From contig BDGG01000002.1 of NCBI GenBank assembly GCA_001949185.1, forward strand, positions 7,368,448 through 7,432,447: DNA of 64,000 nucleotides. The letters are read 5' to 3'. The translations under genes were made by a program, and so were the position numbers. Below are positions 1-12,400 of the stretch, in pieces. Under the pieces are notes generated by a model. It had not been told where the DNA came from. It searched no databases and saw only the letters and a program-made list of their open reading frames with translations. Source of the DNA: Ramazzottius varieornatus. Its lineage: Eukaryota; Animalia; Tardigrada. Numbering within the stretch: position 1 is the first letter of the stretch; every line of letters starts with the position of its first letter.

Positions 1-3000
1 GCGTAGCCGTCATTGTGGAATGCATATTGACGACCTCAACAAGGAAGGTATCGATCAGCTCTTGAGTACTCAGCTGATAACAAAACATTTTCCTCTTGAC
101 GCTCTGTGAAAATTATTGAATCGAAATACCCTTTAAAGCCACACCAAACGGAACCACCGTAGAGTAACATAGTAGTACCTGATAGCGTTCTCCCTCGATT
201 ACTTCGCGCGGTAGTCCTCTGTCTCCGGCTTTGAAGTACTCGATGAAGGTACCGAAGCTTTGGTAAATATTCAGAAAGTTCATGGCTTCTTTCTGGAAAG
301 CAAAACCAATGGCTCAATTAAGCAACCAGGTAGGAGATACGAAAAACCTACGGATTTGCTGTTGATCGTGGCGGCCGTGATCTGATCTAGTATATGTAGC
401 CACAAAAGTTCCAAGAAGCGCAGGAAATTTGCTTTGAGGAGCGGTCCGTACAAACTGTCGATCGGTACGTCCATCAGCTCCAAAAGAGGTTTCGTGTAGG
501 TCTCGGCTTCAGCGGAGGGATCGTTAACCAGTTTAGAGATATAACCAGCAGTTCCATTGTTCATCTGCAGAGAACCTCTGTAAAGAAAGGGTAACAGGTA
601 ACCAGACTTGAAATATTACCTTCTTCACCAGCTTATCCAGCGACTCGACAATCCGGTCGTTCAGCATCTTCTCCCCATTGGCAAGCGACTGTACAAAGAT
701 GGCTTCGCAGTCTGTCCCGAATTTGGTGAGGACCGGGTCTCCCGAGTCGATGAAATACTGTGTCCGCTCAAAGTAACGCACTGTCGTTGGCAGAGTTTGA
801 AGGTGAGTCCTCATAGTTTCAAGATTGTTCACACAGACGCAAAGCTGGGGGATATATCATAATGAATCTGTATGGCATAGCTATTTATCATCTTACACAC
901 CAGCGGGACCAAGTTTCGCCAAATATGAGCTTACGTCATCATTGATTTCTAACATTTCATGTTCCGCCCATCCACAATCTTTGAGAGCTCGATAAGTAGC
1001 CTCGGAGAAGTAAGCCGCGATCTCGGCCACATCCTACAATAAAGAGAGATCGTAATTATACAGGGCAGCGTACGGCGAACCCACCTCGAGAATTGCCATT
1101 CACGCTAAGACGACTTACGTTTATCAGCTTGCATTTGAGCATACATCTTTGCGTTCCGCTTGGCCATTTCAGCTCGACAACAAACCGGACGAACGAGTCC
1201 AGGCAGGCATTAGCCTCCACCACCGAAGTACTGTACCGGAATTTTGATTCTCCACGAGAAACCTGTACGAAAGGGTGTCAGTTTTCCTTCATAAGGCGCG
1301 AACACTTACCAACAATTGTGCCGGTATGCGTTTTACAGTCAAATTTTCACCTTCTGCAAGTAAAAAAAACAAGAAAAAAAGGGGGTCACATTACGGCGCC
1401 AGAAGTACCACGTTTTACTTTGCTCAGTAACCGATACACTACCTTGTCATTCTCGACCCATCCTTTTATTTTCCGCTTCGCCGCCACCTTTGCATAGGAG
1501 AACCATTGTAGAACGAAGGGGATGAATCGCTCATGAACGGTGAATATAGACAGATTCTTTTGTTCTCTGCAAAACGAACTTTTTTCGGCAAGGCATCACG
1601 AGAACAGTCGAAACTCTTGGAATTAGCGTCTATTCTCACGATTCCGTCAGGTGGCGCGACAGATGGCGGAAGTCGTTCAGCGAGTAGTAAAGAAGAAAGA
1701 CTTCAACACGTGGCTCCTCCCTTCCCGGCGCCGTGAAGAAGTCGTCCTTCAGTACCGCATAGGGATCAAGATCGTCCAAGATCTTTGCTATTTCCGGAGA
1801 CGGCTGAAAGAAAGTTAGTCAAAGGATCATGCAAGAAAGAGTAAAATTGTAGAAAGTTGGTTCATTGATAACATGTTCGATAACAACACAGATGACCGTT
1901 TGACCAATTCGATAGGGCTTACCCTTAATACAGGATAAAGCTCCAGATCTTCCATGATCAATCGATCCAATTCCCGCATGGTCAACGAAAAATAGTCCAG
2001 ATTGAAGGCACTGAAAGGATTCTTCAATCAATGCCACCACGGACGCCTGACCAGACCATAACCACGCGTAACATACTTGTATATTTTGTCTGCCGGTATA
2101 AATTGTTGTCGTATGTCGTTGTTCAGAGCTTGCAGCATCTTCGAATAGATTTCCATTCCTGGAGTCTCCTGAGCCAGCTAGACAATAAACATGGTAGATC
2201 AGTGGAAAGGATAGAATGGGATAATACCCAAGCACACCACAGCCTCCTTGGCTCTCCTACATACTGTACAAGTACTCACCTCTGATTCCGATAAGAATTC
2301 CGATCGAAGTCTGTGGTAATGCTCGATCGCCGCCGTCTGCGAACAAAAACAGCATTCTGCACCTGCTTTATGCGAACAAAAATATTCCTTTCATATCGCA
2401 CGGCAAGCGGTACCTTTATTACTTCGCAGACCACATTGTGAAAACTGTCCTCCAGTGGAAAGAAGCGTTTGAAAAGCTGCAACATAATACCAAAATCAAT
2501 AACACTATGCTATCACAAGAGGCCAACCAAGAAAGTATCACTGTGGTCCAACGTTACCTTCAGCTCATATAATATCCGTAAACATTTCAGAAGGCTTTCC
2601 AGCTGCTTGGGACCCGGTAATACGGTCATGGGCAGAAAGTAGGTCTGGTTCGCGAGGCAAGAGTATTCAAAGTCCCTGAATACTCCCACTGCTTCTGCTG
2701 TTACTTCCTCGGCATCGTGAGATAGGCCATTCGCTACCCAGATCGAATCCAGGTGTTTCAGCGTCTGAAAGAGGAGCAGTCGGTTCAGTCTTGCCGACGA
2801 AACATGGTAGTCCACCATGCTAATCCATAAACAGGCGGCCTGCTGCAGGTCGGAGAGATCACCCTGCATTGCGTGCTGATGCAGGATACTCTGTAAAGCA
2901 AAACCAAAATCCAGTCAGTCGAAAGTCTTTGTAGCTCAGCAGGGACGATATTTACCTCAGCCTCGTTGCTGAGTTCGCCTGTCCAGTCTAATGAAGACTT

Positions 3001-5318
3001 CGAGTTTTTCATTTCGTGCTTAACGAAGAGCGTCAGTAAGTCCCGATGCTGAAGGAAGTCTTGCCTACAAAAGACATCATCGTTATTCTTATTTCTTTCT
3101 CATTCTTTTGGCTTGCGTTTTCGGATTTTTGATAGATGGTTTATTGATTAAGATTATCCTGGTGGAAATGTCACCAACAGGTTGCTTTCGGTTCGATGGT
3201 CCTTCTCTTCGCGAGTGGCGAACCCAAGGCGCAAGCGGATGGTTCCCTGCGCCTTTCCGTTGGAGCGAGAACAAAGATTGAACACTTTGTCGATGCCGAT
3301 GCTTGGGATATCCTGAATAGTAAACTCAGTTAGACGCGTCTCTTAGTGAAAATCGATAACGGCAGCAAATTACAAGCCCACTAAGGCCGTCGGCGGATTT
3401 ACGTGCTCACCGTGATCCTAATGTCAACACATCCCAGAAAGTCGTCCACATTCTCGTCAGCGCTCTTCCTCGCAGACTGTGCAATCTGCTTGAAATACCT
3501 GCGGAAATTAAAAGTATGTGAAGAAAAGCATCGTTCTGCGCCATGTGAGGGATTTTTTGAACGAAGAAAATACAAAAGGAAGCTCGGCCAAAAAGGTGAA
3601 TCTCCTTCTTCAGCCACGTGTATACTCGTACAGCGGGTTTACTACAGCGCACAAGTATGCAGGAGAAAGAGAGAGAAGGCTTTTATCGCACCACTATCTG
3701 AGGGAAAATGTTTGACGGAGTTAAATTTACCAAAGAAGACCATCTCTTAGAAGGTTTAACTTCGTTTGGTAAAAAGAAATTCGGTCACGCTTTGGTGACG
3801 GTTACAATCAAGACCACGCCCAGGATACTTTTACGGCCTTCAAGCTGGCTCTCAGTCCCTAGCGAACTTCCGCTTTTCTCTGCCGCATGTCCAGATCGCA
3901 AACAGCTTGAGGTTTCAATTACCTATTTAGTCCTTTGATACCCTGGACGTTCTTGACATTCTTCACTGCATCGAGAATCTGCAACAGCGGATAAGACAAA
4001 TCACATTTTACGAAGCCTTTCACGAGCCGATATATTGTGTTGGTGTGTTGGCGTACTTGATACTCCTCATCGTGATCAAAGATGTCCAGGTGCAGGACAT
4101 CCTCGTTGACATTATCAACGACGCTACAAGCATGTCAAAGTTGGAGAGATGAAAGAGGGTTAGTGAGTTATGAAGCACTTGAACTACTCGTACAGTTGGA
4201 ATGTTTCATTCCAAACTGGGTTCAGTTGCTCCTTCTTGACTGAAGTCGTTCTAATGAGCTTGGCTGGCAGCTGTTCCAGTATATCGGCATTGCAGTCACG
4301 TTTGGACTTGCTGCGTCCCCCATGTTTGTACAAGCTGGATCTCGAGCGTCCCTTGAACAAGTCCTTCTCATCGTCTTGTGAAGGTGTTGAAGTCAAGTCT
4401 ATGTGCCTCTTTGCTTTATGTCCAATCAGGCCCAGCATACAAAACGGATCTGCAAACAGACGATAAGGTAATGGGACCCGGAACACGTTATCCCAATCAA
4501 TAACGCAAACCGGGAAAAAGCCGAACTTCCGCCTAATTTATACTTGTACAACCCCATTAACAAAATGTAAATCGGTCAATTCAACTTTCTTCACACATCA
4601 AGGTTGACAACAGTTGGAAATTACAGAACGAACCGGAAAAGCCATTGGCGTCCTTTGCTTCCAAATCTGTAGAGAGGGAACTCGGATAAGCTTTTCATGT
4701 TGATCTCACTCGTGACGTTTGTAATACATTACGAAATTAGTGAGTGCTTTCAAGTACCTCTGGCTTCGCAGACTGTAATGTTCAGAAGGACCCGCGGAGC
4801 CTGCAAATCGTCCCAGTTCAAAGCCTTAATCCCGAGGCTTATAACTTTCATCGATTTGGCGGCTTTGTCAATGGCCAAGTATGACAAAGTAAATTACGGC
4901 CTGAGTAGGGATAACCTGTCACAGAATTGACATACTTTTTCCTTATCGGCTTTCGAGAGTAATCGATGATGACGGTTCGAATCAATCCCAAACGCCTCTT
5001 GGACATATTTCAGCAGGTCTTCGTCGTGACTCGAATAGTGATGTTCCCCATGCTGGCCGATTTTGTGCTTGATGGTGTAAAGAACTAAGACGAAAAATAT
5101 CGAAAAGGGACGATCAAGAACAATGCTCGATGTTAAAACGTAATTGGGACGCGGGTAAATGAACTGATCCAGAACGTTTTACCCAAGCGGCGCACGCTTT
5201 TGGCTAAGAGCAGCTGGAACGTGCGCCGCTGTGGGGCAAGATCTGGTTCAACCCATTTGCCTGCGTCCCCTTTTTATATGGCTTTTTATCTTTACCTTCG
5301 ACGTAAAGTTCTTCCTGC
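1..5318 (-). CDS. Munc13-4/BAIAP3 (staccato-like) C2-MUN protein, multi-exon; runs off the left edge and the first exon was not identified
   Basis: Spliced minus-strand exons give [17 protein letters not shown]...[10 protein letters not shown]2A motifs [25 protein letters not shown] and DDFLGCVDI, then helical MUN-like exons ([14 protein letters not shown]); GT-AG introns. Confidence 0.85.
5184..5232. repeat. Intronic palindrome family copy (Munc13-like gene)
   Basis: caagcggcgcac-N25-gtgcgccgctgt. Confidence 0.85.
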
Positions 5319-6339
5319 TGTGAAAAGAAAGAAAAACCCAATCAAAATCTTTCGCATGAGCATGCGTTACAAATTGTGATCGCGTATCCGGCATGTACGG
5401 ATCTTGGCACGTTTGAAGGGGAATACACCACGAGAAAGTCGAAGGATCTTACTTCGTCACTTCCGGTTTCCAGCGTTCGGCTTTGTCGTCGAGTGATTGT
5501 GGAAGGTTTCCCCGTCTTAATGATTGTGCCTGGGAGGACATCCGTTTTTGCCGCCTTCAAGCAAAAGGCTTTTATCGGTTAACGCTTCACAACATCAACA
5601 CGGAAAGCCGGGCCACATTTGTAACGTTTCTCGCTCAATTTGAGCGACAGTCAATCGAAGCACGCAAACCTTTCTGTCCTCCGAAGGCTTGTTGTCCTGT
5701 ATGCGCGTCTGGAGACCGCAGAAACGATCGAAGAAGTCATCGCCAATATTTTCCCTAAAATAAAAATCCCCATTATTTTAACCCCGCCACAAATAAAAGT
5801 TCTAACGCCGTTATCAAACATGGCAATGATCAATCTTTTTCACTTCCTTGTTCAGAACCTCTGCCAAAAAAATATCCAGGAAGATGCAATAGGTTCCCTG
5901 ATAACGCAAACTGGCCTGCAGATACCTTATTCGTAGAGCTATCTCGGGGGAACTAACCCCGGCGCTTGAACTAAAAACTGAACTCCTCCGACGTCCAATA
6001 TACATAGTAAAACTTCCGCACCAACAAGACTGAAACAGTGGAACTGACCACAGGCAATAATACAAGAATACAGTCCAGTTGTAGGGGGTTACGTTGTCAT
6101 CAAAACACGGTAAGATGTTGAGCTTTCTGGTCGAAGCTACTGACTGGTTGTGGAGTGGAAAGTCCCGACAAAAGCAACTATGGCTGAAACAGCTTTGTGC
6201 GAGCACGAAGTTCACTGCTTAGTTCCTCTGTTGCGTTTTTTGCGTGGTTGAACGTGGTGGGAGCTGGAATGGGGTGGGAGGAAGTGTGGGCGTCCCCGCT
6301 CCTTTGACGGGAAAACTCGTTAAAATAATACACAAAGCA

Positions 6340-7505
6340 AATATACAAGCTATACAGCTACAAGTTGTCTGCCTCGTGGTCCCATTCGTCTGGATGAGTG
6401 CACATAACGGTCCCGCGAGCTCGCCAGCGGGATTTGTCAGACCAGGAAATGATCTAAGCGTTATTCCCCTCCACGTTCTAGGTCCTTCCCGGTACTGCTG
6501 CTGTCAATGCTACACATTTGACTAATTAATCGCAGGTACACTGTATACAGCGGTTCTTGAGTACATACCGACCGCTTATTGTCATTCGGAAATTTCCGCG
6601 GCGACTCTCCGAAATCACTCTTCAGAACGCCATGACAATTGACAAAGGCTTCGGTTTGCAATGGCGCACAGACGTCCACACGGTAGCGCCATCTGTCATG
6701 TATTGTGTACAAAATGCATCCATGCAAAAGTTTGATTAGTTTATTGGTTTGTAAGTAACGTACGGGTATCGTAGTCTTGTGGACACAAACTGCAAGTCAA
6801 AATTTTGCACTAGTAGGGTTGCATTTTGTACACTATACAATGGAGGGCCTTCCATTTTCCCACTGCGAACTTTTCTAGGACATGCCTTGCGTGCTGCTGG
6901 CTTATTTGGGAGTAGCAAGTTGTTGACGGTAACGCCATGCAAGTGCTAAGTCGCACGTATCGTAATGACTGACGTTGATGTGGAAAAGGAAGCCGCTGCT
7001 CGTGTTACCGGAAGATATACGTAAAACGGGTCAAGTTACGCAATGTTCGCCATGCGGGAAGCCCGGGAGAATCGGCAAAGCCATGGGTAGTTTCAAAGAA
7101 GTCTTTTCACGGTCTCGCCTTAGCCTACGAAACTCCATTAGCAGGACAATATCCTCATCAAACGGATCATCGAGTCCCCATAAAGTAAAATACACCTCGT
7201 ACAGCCGGTAGAAAGGCACGACCGCAGAAAGCAGAAAATCAAGAAGGAAGGTTCACAAACCTCGAAGGGTTCTTCGGAGGTGTCTGGGCAGTCAATGCCT
7301 GGCCGTCTCCGTCAAAACCCCAACTTGAAATGAACTTCTCCACGTTTAAATGTGGCAGACTCGAAATTGATCCAGTCTGTCCCGCTGAAGTCGGTGGTGC
7401 GTTGATGTTTGAGTTAAGCAATGCCGCCACCACGCTCATTTGTGGCTGAACCTTCGCTCGTCTGCTTATGGCGGGTGACGATTGTGCCGACCGCTGCTTC
7501 GACAT
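6340..7505 (-). pseudogene. Decayed SGNH/GDSL-hydrolase-like coding relic
   Basis: Fragments in shifting frames: ILLYGDSMIR (~7165-7195), FHINVSHYD (~6960-6990), THPDEWDHEA (~6370-6400). Contains stops, frameshifts and an inserted inverted-repeat element. Confidence 0.3.
6699..6839. mobile_element. Degenerate MITE-like inverted-repeat element
   Basis: tgtattgtgtacaaaatgca (6699-6718) vs tgcattttgtacactataca (6820-6839), plus inner pair tgcaaaagtttga / tcaaaattttgca. Termini resemble an eroded TA-CAGTG (Tc1-like). Confidence 0.6.
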
Positions 7506-9493
7506 CCTCGACCGAGTTGACTTAACCAGCTCCAGATCTCCGAGGGCAAAACAACGATAACGAAGTGCACCAACCAAATTAATCTTTCTTCCCCGCAAAA
7601 CTAATTTGACAACATAACCCACAGCGCTCCAAATAATGGGATCAAGACATAAATTGGACTATCATAAACGCATTGAGAGCGTATGTAGCCTCTCGGTCAT
7701 CAAGAGTTTAAAGGAGTAAGATCGAGCGCGTTCGGTAGCTTCATGCCCAAATGAAGCAAATGTAATAGATTACCCATACGGTTTACATCCCTCCATCCCT
7801 CCCGACATTCAGAAAACGGCACTATATTCATGAATCTTTAAGGCCAATTGCATTTGGAAGAGGAGACAGAGGGAAATGATACAAAAAGTCCGTTGATATT
7901 CATTGACACCATCTGTCTCCGCGACTCTACCACTTTGCCATCAGCGGCTTCCTGGTCTATTCCCAACTGTCGAATAGACCGTCTCGAAATGTAGGACCAT
8001 CTAATGTGGTACATTACGATCGGAGGAACCCTGCTTGTACTCGCTCCATCTTCATTGGAACGCATTAGGGAGCAAGTGTCAGACGCCAAATGAGCAAAGG
8101 CCACCCAAATTAATCGCTTAGAAAAGCAACGCTCCCAAGCAGAAAAGTGGTGATCATCAGGCCTCGAGAAAACGCCCGGTGTACGCTGGAGGATATCGAA
8201 TATTAGAAAGACACCATGTTGTGTGGCATTGTAAGTGCATGGGAACAGGGAAGGAGACCCTGTCTGCAGCTGGTCCCAGCACCTCTGTTAGCAGCAACCG
8301 GAAGGGGACGTTCCAGCAGTGTCGGCACGCTATCGTCAAAAAGCCCATTTAGGTATTACGATAGGAGAATCCACACATCCATTAAAACTCGATTCTTTGG
8401 GAATTTTCTCAAATGTTCTCCAAGTGAGACGGAGCTGAAAGTCCTCCCACCCCTGACCTATTGACAAAGTGCCTGTACTTTGAACGCCAACTGATCTTTC
8501 CTCTTCATCTTGCAGTAATGTAAAGCTTTCCTAATTTTTTTGCTCTTCCTCTTTCGCTAGAATCCCTGCCTTGAGTAAATCCTACAGTCGACAACCATAA
8601 CACCCTACAAGTCACTCGATATGGCACAGTACGTTTAGCGTTGCGCGCCCTGAACGGGTTCGCCGGTTCTACCATGACCATGCCTGTATGCCAACAGATA
8701 ACACAATCATTATTCGCTGAGCGTGCACGAAGATGGAGCATTCACATGACAGTATATTGTGTCATTGGAGAATTATCACTCACCCCCGTCTTCTAAAATC
8801 CATTAGGAAATTAGGAACTTCGCTCCCTCTTCAGAGTGTACCGTCCGTCAGGCTACAGACAGAAACGGACCTCCAGTGCAATCTTCTCGTAATAGATTCA
8901 GAACTCAGATTCTGAATACCACGAAGGCCTGGAAAACCCGAGAATAAAGTTGAGGCAAAAACTAAGTATGCGAGAATCATGAAGAAAATAACGATGCTCA
9001 CCTGTGGTCATGAAGTGGGCTCATTGGCGTCCCGTAATGAACATCAAGAGTACGAAATTGGTCTTCTGTTCGAACGTGTCTGTTCTAGCTGACGATTAGG
9101 CGATAATTTGCTTGGGAAATATCTGTCACAAGACCCAGTAGACGAATAATGCGTCAAAATTATGGGATCAGCGCCTGGAGCTGTGTAGCAGAGTCCTGAT
9201 CGCGCTCAAAGACCTCACATCCCTTCTTCCGATAATCGATTGCTGGATCGAAACGCATACTGTTGCATGCAATGCTTCCGTTTAATATTCCGACCTTATT
9301 TCAAAAGCTAATCCATTGGAGTGCATGCTTCGCAACCTGAGCATTGACAAGACAATTTAAACTCGGCAAAGAAAAAAAAATAAAAATAGAATTTTGAAAC
9401 GTATAAAATTGTCTAAACGCCCAATAGGTTATTTGGCTAAATAAATAATTAAAAAATGGTACGTAGTAAGTACCTTCGCGTGCAAGGTATTCA

Positions 9494-12400
9494 CTACGAT
9501 GTCATGAGATCGTACGGTTGAAGTTCCCCCCAGCTACAACCAACCCGTAATTTCACCGGAAGAGGCACGGAAAGGTCGACAGCGTGCTCCATTTCATGCT
9601 TGATGAGCTGCGCCACACATGGCAAATCTCTCTCTGCCACCTCATAAATGAGCTCATCATGCAGCTGTAACACGACTAGCGCACCCGCTTCGATGGAGCG
9701 ACTAGAGTTGCCTGACCGTAGTCTATACGGGACGATCCCCGGGAACTTCTCTTGAAGGCGTCTGTCAATGTTGACCATGGCGGTCTTGGCTATGTTGGCG
9801 GCTGAGCCTTGCACCGTGGTGTTGACAGCTTGACGCTCGGCTTGGGAGCTTTGCTCCGAGGAAGGACTGTTGATCTTGGGAAGATAGCGCCGACAGCCGA
9901 GCAGGGTTTCGACGTAACCGTTGCGATGACACTCTTGCACGGTACGTTGGGTGAAGGACTGGACGGCAGGATAGGCACTCTTGAATGAAGACATGAAGGT
10001 GTGAGCTTCCTTGTCGGAGGTCTTCAACTGCTCTGCTAAAGCTTTGGCGCCCATTCCATAGATGATGCCATAGCAGATCTATTTTCAAAACAGAAAATGA
10101 GTTCATCGCATAGCAATTCCACTGTCATTTAGGATATCATCCTACTGTGGTTTGCTTGCCGCGGTTACTTTGTGAGTTGCAGAAAGCCATGACAAATAAT
10201 GCCAGTTTACTACATAATGTGCAGAGAATGCATCCCTTCCGATAGTCACGCGGTCTTATAACATTGGTTACGAGTGGTTAGCTCCTAGTGGTAACCAATG
10301 CCACACGACTACCGGCAGGGATGCATTTCTCTGCACCGTATATTGCTCGGCTCACCTGTTTAGCCTGTTGTCTTTCGGTATCGGAAACGTTCGCCGGATC
10401 GCTATACTTCTTCCAGGTGCAGGCAATAGCTTTGAAGACGTCTCCGCCGCTTGTCAGGGCTTTCTTCAACCGTTCGTCCTCCGCTAGATGGGCGAGGACC
10501 CGTAGCTCAACCTGGGAGTAGTCCGCCGACAGTAGGACACACCCTGCAAACACAGTACAGATTTACTTTGAAACATTACTTCTATCAGCAAGGTAAACTA
10601 TAAAGCAAAGAGATCAACGTAGTACCTTTAAAAGGGACGAATGAGGACCGAAGACTGAAACTGACTTTCTCCTGACAAAGCTTTCTCAGTTTCTTCTTCA
10701 AGATGTTCGCGTTCGAACTGTCGCTCAGTCTGGATGATGACTGGCTGAGTTCGACCCACGCATCAACGTCGAAGTCTTTCGGGATCACTTGCATGCTTGG
10801 CTCGGCCATCGCGATCCGCCCTGTCACCGAGAACATACTACACCGTCCGTAGATCCTACCTGGTTCAGCGTTGATTTCATCCGCTTGCCCGACGAACTCA
10901 ACATTCGCATGCAGAGGTAGAACGTTGGACTTCAGAGCCAGCTGAAGCCGTCGATGTTCCATAATAAGGACAGGCAAAGCATGCAGATGCTGAATCTTCC
11001 CAAGAATCTCTTTGTTAGTACTGTAGAAGACGCGAAGTTTCCCGCGACCATATCGACGTTGCTGGACCACTTCGGACGGTGGGGGAAGACCCAAGTCCAC
11101 GAAGAGCACTTGTCTGGAAATAGTCATCTCATTAGGATTCCAGAGTTGGGAGCTCGGCAAACAAGTTCGATACGATGGTTTTTCCAGATGACGCACTTTT
11201 ACAGTAATTTTGGCTGAAAGTGTGCGCCAGCTGGCAAATCGCTCTGCTCAAATTTGTTCGCCTGGGTTTTGTCAACTGCATTATCTAATTTGTCAATTTT
11301 TGTTGAAGGGTTCAACTTACTCTTTGACCTGATTTCATGACTATTTGTGCTTACCCGACTGCTTCCGAAGAAGTGATGTCGAAGATCCTTCCAGCCAGCT
11401 CATATGCTTTCGCTTCGATCAGGTGCAGCTGCTTGCGAATATTCTGCTCGAGCAACTGACATCGTTCTGGAGAGAACCCGAAGCCAGTCAGTTCCATATT
11501 GACCACGCTTCGGACCATGGGCATCTCCACTTGTCGGAACAAGTTCCATATGTTCCTAATCTTCAAAGCTTTAGCCAGGCCGTCAAACGCAAATCTGGTG
11601 ACGACCGCGTCCACAGACGCGCGAGTTCGAGCGGGAGTGGGCGAATCCATGGTTAAACCTATACCATCATAGCCTTTGAGTTGCTTGATTTCTTTCAGTA
11701 ATGGAAGAAGCGCTGGACTGTGCTCAGAGACCAACGTCTGAAAATAAAACATTGAAAGATATTCGAGAGTCTGATTATGAGCTTATGAAAATAACACACA
11801 ACAGATGGGAGCCCGGAGCTCGACGACCCAGTTACTAAGGCTGTCTTTCTAAGTGGCGCAGGCTTTTAGCCTATAAGACTGAAGCGTGCACGATTTGGAA
11901 AGACGAACTTGCAGAGTTTGATTGTCGCGCTCCTGAAATCAAGAATTAAAATGTCGTTTATCGTACCTGAATGGTCTTTTCTTCTTCGCCCATGTCAAGT
12001 AACCAGCTAGCCACTTTCGGGTCATACATGTCGCCCTCCACGGCCAATACACCCAACGTCAAACTCAGCAGGTAGAGTTGTCGTTTCAGGCCAAACGCTA
12101 TGACTGTCTTACCACGAGGGTTCGCCAAAAGGCTTCGAAGACCTGCCAGCCGTTCTTCCACAGTCAGAACTGGTTCTGTCGCTCGTTTCAGCTGGTCAAA
12201 AGATCTTCCAGACTGAGAGGGGGACAAGCTGATATAGTAGACTGTCTGCTCGTGCCAGGAGACAGCCAGACCGGTCACGTACAGCTCTTCTGATGGCACA
12301 TCTATTCCAGGAACAACCTATCGAGCATAATGGCGAAATATTCCTATACGTCCGTTGAAAGACTGTTTGTTCCATTTTGATGCATACTAGGTTAAATGAA

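Noticed and set aside
7700-9100. Possible gene or first exon of the Munc13-like gene (donor-like site near 9000)
   Set aside because: The candidate micro-exon is out of phase with the exon ending at 5318, and no recognisable protein motif was found.
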